From a virus, in UHGV virus genome UHGV-1571561: DNA of 11,943 bases. One strand, given 5' to 3'. Below the pieces are notes generated by a model, which was not told where the DNA came from, searched no databases, and worked only from the letters and a program-made list of their open reading frames with translations. Both the position numbers and the translations under genes were made by a program. Below, in pieces: positions 8,612 to 11,943 of this stretch. How positions within the stretch are numbered: the first letter of the stretch is position 1; each line of letters begins with the position of its first letter.

Positions 8612-10027
8612 TCAACCTACACCACAAGGAATTGAGTAACTGGAATAGTCGGGTTGCGCAGCCGACTCCGGGCAATGCATACACATCATCAGCGCATCAG
8701 CCAGGTTAGGAGATGGAATACCGAGCTTCTGCTTCATTTCGACCTTAGTCATTAGCTCCAGCTTACCGTTGTTATTGAATTTGCGCTGAATCTGCGTCAG
8801 TTCTGCAAACAGCTTCTCCAGCATCTTCTCGCCTATCGCTTCTTTGTCGAAACTCAGCATGTCGTCTGGGTCTGCATACTCACCGTAGACAACCGCCCGA
8901 TATGTCAGATACAGCCTGTCAGCCAGCGCGTAATAGAATTGCGCTCGCTTATTGCGGAACACATCGCCAATAGTGCGAACGTTGTCACCCTGTACGACTT
9001 CATCAGCCCATGCTCCGGCCTGATATGGTGCATCTTCATCGAATGGCGATTCACTGCCCTTGAACATCGTGGCGGTGATTTTCTTGCCGGAGAACGCTTC
9101 CGTTGTCTGTCTGCGTAGCCCAGCCCCAACACCATCACCATCCCACAGGTAGTGGTCAGCGCCGTCTTCAATCGCCAGCGAAGTAGCCCAGTCAGCACCC
9201 TCGTTGATATCCATCAGCAGACCTTCGGCAATGCGCTTAACTACCGAACCGTGACGCGATGCGTAACCTTTAGCATCTGGCCCTGTATCTGATGGGTCAT
9301 GCGCAGAAACAACAGCGCCTTTCGCTTTCCATCCGAGTTTCTTGTGCGCATCGGTTGCAGCTTCAAGCCATTCACGTTTGATGATTGCCATATCACTTGC
9401 GCTTACTGGCTCACCAAGCCAGATGTGACGATACAGTGTCGGATTTCTGCGTTTGCACTCTTCCATCTCCAGACGGAGAACTTCAGGAAAGTGCGGGTTG
9501 TCGGTGTAGTTCACCGTCAGCAGACAAATATCATCGGGAGGATTTACAACGAATCGCTGATAGGTATCGTCGAGGATGTTCTTAGGGTTGAAGCTCACCC
9601 ATATTTCGGAGAACGGCTTACGGATGGTTGGTATCAGGATATCCCATGATTCCTTCGTTACCGCTTCCGCTTCTTCCACCCAGCAGATATCAATGCCTTC
9701 GAGCGATTTAATCTTCGTTGGGTTGTTTTTTATGCCGTAGAACATGAATTCAGCATTCGTTCCGAGATGACGAATCATTGAACGCTGAATTTCAAACTCA
9801 GCCGAATACCCTTCACGCTCGATGGTGTCTTCAAGCAACCGGATTACCGAATCGCTGATACTGTTTTGCAGTTCACGAGCGCAGAGAATACGCACAGGCT
9901 GCCGACGCGCCGCTTCAACAAGCAGTCTCGCAATTGCCCATGACTTACCGCTACCTCGACCGCCTTTGGCGACTTTGTAGCGATGCGCCTCAATAAACGG
10001 TTCAAAGATAGGATTAATCGTGGTCAT
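8612..10027 (-). CDS. Terminase large subunit (471 aa)
   Basis: Track ORF 471 aa. Walker A near the N-terminus (VAKGGRGSGKSW), Walker B-like (GIDICWVEEAE), and a C-terminal nuclease-like acidic region (VVSAHDPSDTGPDAKG). Start overlaps the TerS stop as ATGA. Confidence 0.92.
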   Translation of the reverse strand: MTTINPIFEPFIEAHRYKVAKGGRGSGKSWAIARLLVEAARRQPVRILCARELQNSISDSVIRLLEDTIEREGYSAEFEIQRSMIRHLGTNAEFMFYGIKNNPTKIKSLEGIDICWVEEAEAVTKESWDILIPTIRKPFSEIWVSFNPKNILDDTYQRFVVNPPDDICLLTVNYTDNPHFPEVLRLEMEECKRRNPTLYRHIWLGEPVSASDMAIIKREWLEAATDAHKKLGWKAKGAVVSAHDPSDTGPDAKGYASRHGSVVKRIAEGLLMDINEGADWATSLAIEDGADHYLWDGDGVGAGLRRQTTEAFSGKKITATMFKGSESPFDEDAPYQAGAWADEVVQGDNVRTIGDVFRNKRAQFYYALADRLYLTYRAVVYGEYADPDDMLSFDKEAIGEKMLEKLFAELTQIQRKFNNNGKLELMTKVEMKQKLGIPSPNLADALMMCMHCPESAAQPDYSSYSIPCGVG

Positions 10028-10464
10028 TTTCCGAATAGAGTGCTCATCGGTGATGTTTCAATCTGAATTGCGCCGCCGTCTTTGCCTGTTAGCTCGTGAT
10101 CAACCTTGTCGCGCCATTTATCCTTCTGTCGGTTCTTAAGCCAGAAGATGGCAGCTGTTGTATCAGGCGGGTAATACTTCTCAAGCGGAGTTTCGACAAT
10201 TCTGTTTCCAATAACACGAATATCGATGTCTGGAGCCACGAAGCCCATAGCGCGTTGATAAAGACGGTCACTAACTTCTGCATCAGCGACGGCCTTACCC
10301 TTTTTTATGGACTCCGAAAACTTAGGATAATCAAGCTTCCACTTGTTAATAGTTGACTCACTGACTTCAAAGAAATCAGCAAGTTCTGCATCGGTGTAGC
10401 CCAGTAAGCACAGTTTGCGTGCCTGTTCGGCATACGCCTCTTGATACTTTGTTGGGCGCGCCAT
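10024..10464 (-). CDS. Terminase small subunit (146 aa) with N-terminal helix-turn-helix
   Basis: Track ORF 146 aa. HTH-like segment (GYTDAELADFFEVSESTINKWKLDY). Sits immediately upstream of, and is translationally coupled to, the large-subunit gene. Confidence 0.8.
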   Translation of the reverse strand: MARPTKYQEAYAEQARKLCLLGYTDAELADFFEVSESTINKWKLDYPKFSESIKKGKAVADAEVSDRLYQRAMGFVAPDIDIRVIGNRIVETPLEKYYPPDTTAAIFWLKNRQKDKWRDKVDHELTGKDGGAIQIETSPMSTLFGK

Positions 10465-10466
10465 GT

Positions 10467-10709
10467 TTATGCTCCGGTGGTGAACAGGTCTAACGCTTCC
10501 TTCGATTTACGCACCGCTTCGATTGTGCGGGTCGTGATATCTGAATTAGCGCCGCCTGACTGGAAGTGAATTTTGAATAGCTCAAGCTTCAGCTCGTCAG
10601 TGCCAATGAACTGAAATGCCTCCTCTGCGGCTGCGTTCTGGTTCATGACCAGTTTATAAATCTCTAACTGGAATTTCTGTTCTTCAGTCATGGGAATAAT
10701 CTCTGCCAT
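10467..10709 (-). CDS. Hypothetical protein (80 aa), probably helical, in the 'orf80' position upstream of the terminase genes
   Basis: Track ORF 80 aa. SD GGAG 6 nt upstream of the ATG (AACGGAGCCAACA-ATG); its stop lies 2 nt before the TerS ATG. No motif recognised. Confidence 0.55.
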   Translation of the reverse strand: MAEIIPMTEEQKFQLEIYKLVMNQNAAAEEAFQFIGTDELKLELFKIHFQSGGANSDITTRTIEAVRKSKEALDLFTTGA

Positions 10710-10734
10710 TGTTGGCTCCGTTTATCCGTTAAAA

Positions 10735-10756
10735 GGGATATCAGTTAAGTTATCCC
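10735..10756 (-). other. Stem-loop in the rha / 80-aa ORF intergenic region
   Basis: GGGATA(10735-10740) - 10-nt loop - TATCCC(10751-10756). On the minus-strand transcript it is followed by UUUUAACGG and then the SD of the 80-aa ORF. Confidence 0.3.
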
Positions 10757-10936
10757 GTGTAGGGTATAAGCCATTGTCGAGACCACTCATTGAATGGCCT
10801 CTGCAATAACCGATGTCTTTCCATCAGTCCGCCACCACAAAGAATCTTTTTTGCCATCAGGCATGAGGTTCATCTTTCAGTGGCTGCCAGTGTTATTTCC
10901 CCACTTACTGGCTTGGGTTGCTTCGTGGTACTGCTG

Positions 10937-11548
10937 TTAATTAGTGAGTCCGGGGATTACGGTTTGCCCGTGCTGTTCAAGGCGTTCAATTCTCGCCAGT
11001 AGCTGAGGCTTCTTAATTTTTCCCCAGCGATTGAGCAGGCGACCTGACATGCTGGCAACATCCTTCTCTTTCATGTACTCCAGCATTACGGCATTTCTCT
11101 CTTCTTCAAATTGACGATGACCAACCTGAAGCATGGCGTACATCCAGTTAAATGCGTTGATGTAAGCAATTTTGATACGCATTGCTTCTTTTTTGGTGTA
11201 GGACATAACCAAAAGCATCAACCCATCCTTGCGGAGACGGTAGAATTTTTGCGGCTTACCATTCTGTAACTCATTGTTTTTATAGCAAAGCTCAAAGTTG
11301 AGCTTTGTATCAAACTCAGGAGGGCAAGCTTCTATGGTTCGTTCAATGTCACGAACCACGTTCTTCGGCAGCTTTCCAAATGCTTTTGCCACCATAAAAG
11401 AATCTGTAACCGGATCGTTGTTTGCTACAAAAATTAGGTCTCTGAAATCTATATCGTTAACAACGGTTGGGTAGTTCATTGCGTCTTTACCTTTTAGAAA
11501 GATGAGCCTGTTCGCACAGAAAAGCCGCCCCGAGATGGTCGCCACCAT
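10937..11548 (-). CDS. rha: Rha-family phage regulatory protein (203 aa; alternative start at 11479 gives 180 aa)
   Basis: Track ORF 203 aa. N-terminal region has the Rha-type signature (LIFVANNDPVTDSFMVAKAFGKLPKNVVRDIERTIEA). Neither the ATG at 11546-11548 nor the internal ATG at 11477-11479 has a strong SD, so the start is uncertain. Confidence 0.75.
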   Translation of the reverse strand: MVATISGRLFCANRLIFLKGKDAMNYPTVVNDIDFRDLIFVANNDPVTDSFMVAKAFGKLPKNVVRDIERTIEACPPEFDTKLNFELCYKNNELQNGKPQKFYRLRKDGLMLLVMSYTKKEAMRIKIAYINAFNWMYAMLQVGHRQFEEERNAVMLEYMKEKDVASMSGRLLNRWGKIKKPQLLARIERLEQHGQTVIPGLTN

Positions 11549-11626
11549 ATACGGCAGTTCTCAGGCTCAGCTTTCTGAAAGACTCGGGATTGTTACGCGC
11601 TGCGATGCGCGGTTTACTGCAGATGT

Positions 11627-11650
11627 AAAAAAGCCCCGCAAATGCGAGGC
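11627..11650 (-). terminator. Intrinsic terminator-like hairpin downstream of the spanin gene
   Basis: Minus-strand RNA GCCUCGC-AUUU-GCGGGGC-UUUUUU: a 7-bp stem (one G-U pair), 4-nt loop and a 6-U tract. A second GC hairpin (CGCGC-TGCGAT-GCGCG, 11596-11611) lies just downstream on the same transcript. Confidence 0.45.
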
Positions 11651-11684
11651 TAAATCCTGGTATTTGTAATGACTGGCTCTTATC

Positions 11685-11837
11685 TCAACGCAGCCCCTTA
11701 CCGCGCGCCAGATGCTCAATATCAAGCATCAGCAATGAGATATTTAATCCGGATTCACTCCAGAAGTGTTCACCACCCTGCCTACAGAGCCAGATGTGAA
11801 GGATGATGAGTAAAATTATCGCTATCATCGAAGGCAT
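11685..11837 (-). CDS. Small hydrophobic ORF (50 aa) overlapping the 3' end of the Rz-like gene
   Basis: My translation: MPSMIAIILLIILHIWLCRQGGEHFWSESGLNISLLMLDIEHLARGKGLR. ATG at 11835-11837 with AGGA 4-5 nt upstream; it starts 10 nt before the Rz-like stop. One predicted transmembrane segment. Below the ORF-track size cutoff. Coding status uncertain. Confidence 0.25.
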   Translation of the reverse strand: MPSMIAIILLIILHIWLCRQGGEHFWSESGLNISLLMLDIEHLARGKGLR

Positions 11838-11943
11838 TGCGTCCTGATGTATTCCTGAAGCGTTCTTAGTGCTGTTTGGTCGCGGATAATTCCGTCCCGG
11901 ATACCGAGAACGTTTCGTCCAGCAACTGGAGAGAGTTCGACGG
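11825..11943 (-). CDS. Rz-type i-spanin, C-terminal fragment (gene enters from beyond the window end)
   Basis: Open frame from the window edge to TGA at 11825-11827, ending ...ALRTLQEYIRTQCLR. This resembles the lambda Rz C-terminus (...TQKYINEQCR, from memory), including the penultimate Cys. The lysis cassette is expected upstream of the rha/terminase genes in P22-like phages. Confidence 0.5.
   Translation of the reverse strand, partial: VELSPVAGRNVLGIRDGIIRDQTALRTLQEYIRTQCLR

Noticed and set aside
10024-10464. Headful packaging (pac) site within the small-terminase gene
   Set aside because: Expected for this phage type, but I cannot identify a specific pac sequence by eye, so no coordinates are claimed.
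10787-10873. Minus-strand 28-codon ORF (MNLMPDGKKDSLWWRTDGKTSVIAEAIQ) in the 227-bp gap
   Set aside because: Very short with a poor ribosome-binding site. Kept only as a note under the intergenic-gap finding.
10790-11002. Plus-strand ORF of 70 aa in the rha / 80-aa ORF gap
   Set aside because: Overlaps the rha 3' end on the opposite strand, has no SD, and runs against the direction of the whole operon.
11536-11676. Plus-strand 46-codon ORF (MVATIYGSSQ...) spanning the terminator hairpins
   Set aside because: No SD, overlaps the minus-strand terminator structures, and is oriented against every other gene. Probably chance.
11685-11943. Possible o-spanin (Rz1-type lipoprotein) in the alternative frame across the Rz-like end
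   Set aside because: The upstream LSSC is directly preceded by RR rather than a hydrophobic signal core, IWLC is a poor lipobox, and the sequence is not proline-rich. An embedded Rz1, if present, would lie beyond the window.
1-11943. CRISPR arrays, tRNA/rRNA genes, IS elements, integrase or attachment sites
   Set aside because: No direct-repeat/spacer periodicity, no tRNA-like cloverleaf candidates, no terminal inverted repeats flanking a transposase-like ORF, and no recombinase-like ORF were seen.

Overview
This window reads as one continuous stretch of the late (lysis-distal / morphogenesis) operon of a P22-like short-tailed phage or prophage from an enterobacterial host. Every convincing gene is on the minus strand and the genes are tightly packed, several with start/stop overlaps. 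Gene order, right to left in window coordinates: C-terminal end of an Rz-type i-spanin, a small hydrophobic ORF, an intrinsic terminator, a Rha-family regulator, an 80-aa ORF, terminase small and large subunits, portal, scaffold, coat, a hairpin terminator, a small ORF, then homologues of P22 gp4, gp10 (tail hub), gp26 (tail needle), gp14, gp7 and the start of gp20. This matches the canonical P22 order 3-2-1-8-5-4-10-26-14-7-20. I see no tRNA, rRNA, CRISPR array, IS element or integrase. I do not see a clearly novel system: this looks like an ordinary, well-conserved virion-assembly block. The findings are modest: two intrinsic-terminator hairpins, a small accessory block (rha, 80-aa ORF, 227-bp gap) between the lysis and terminase genes, two unannotated small ORFs, and hints of head/tail module mosaicism. 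All protein identities come from reading the translations, synteny and protein sizes from memory; none was checked against a database.
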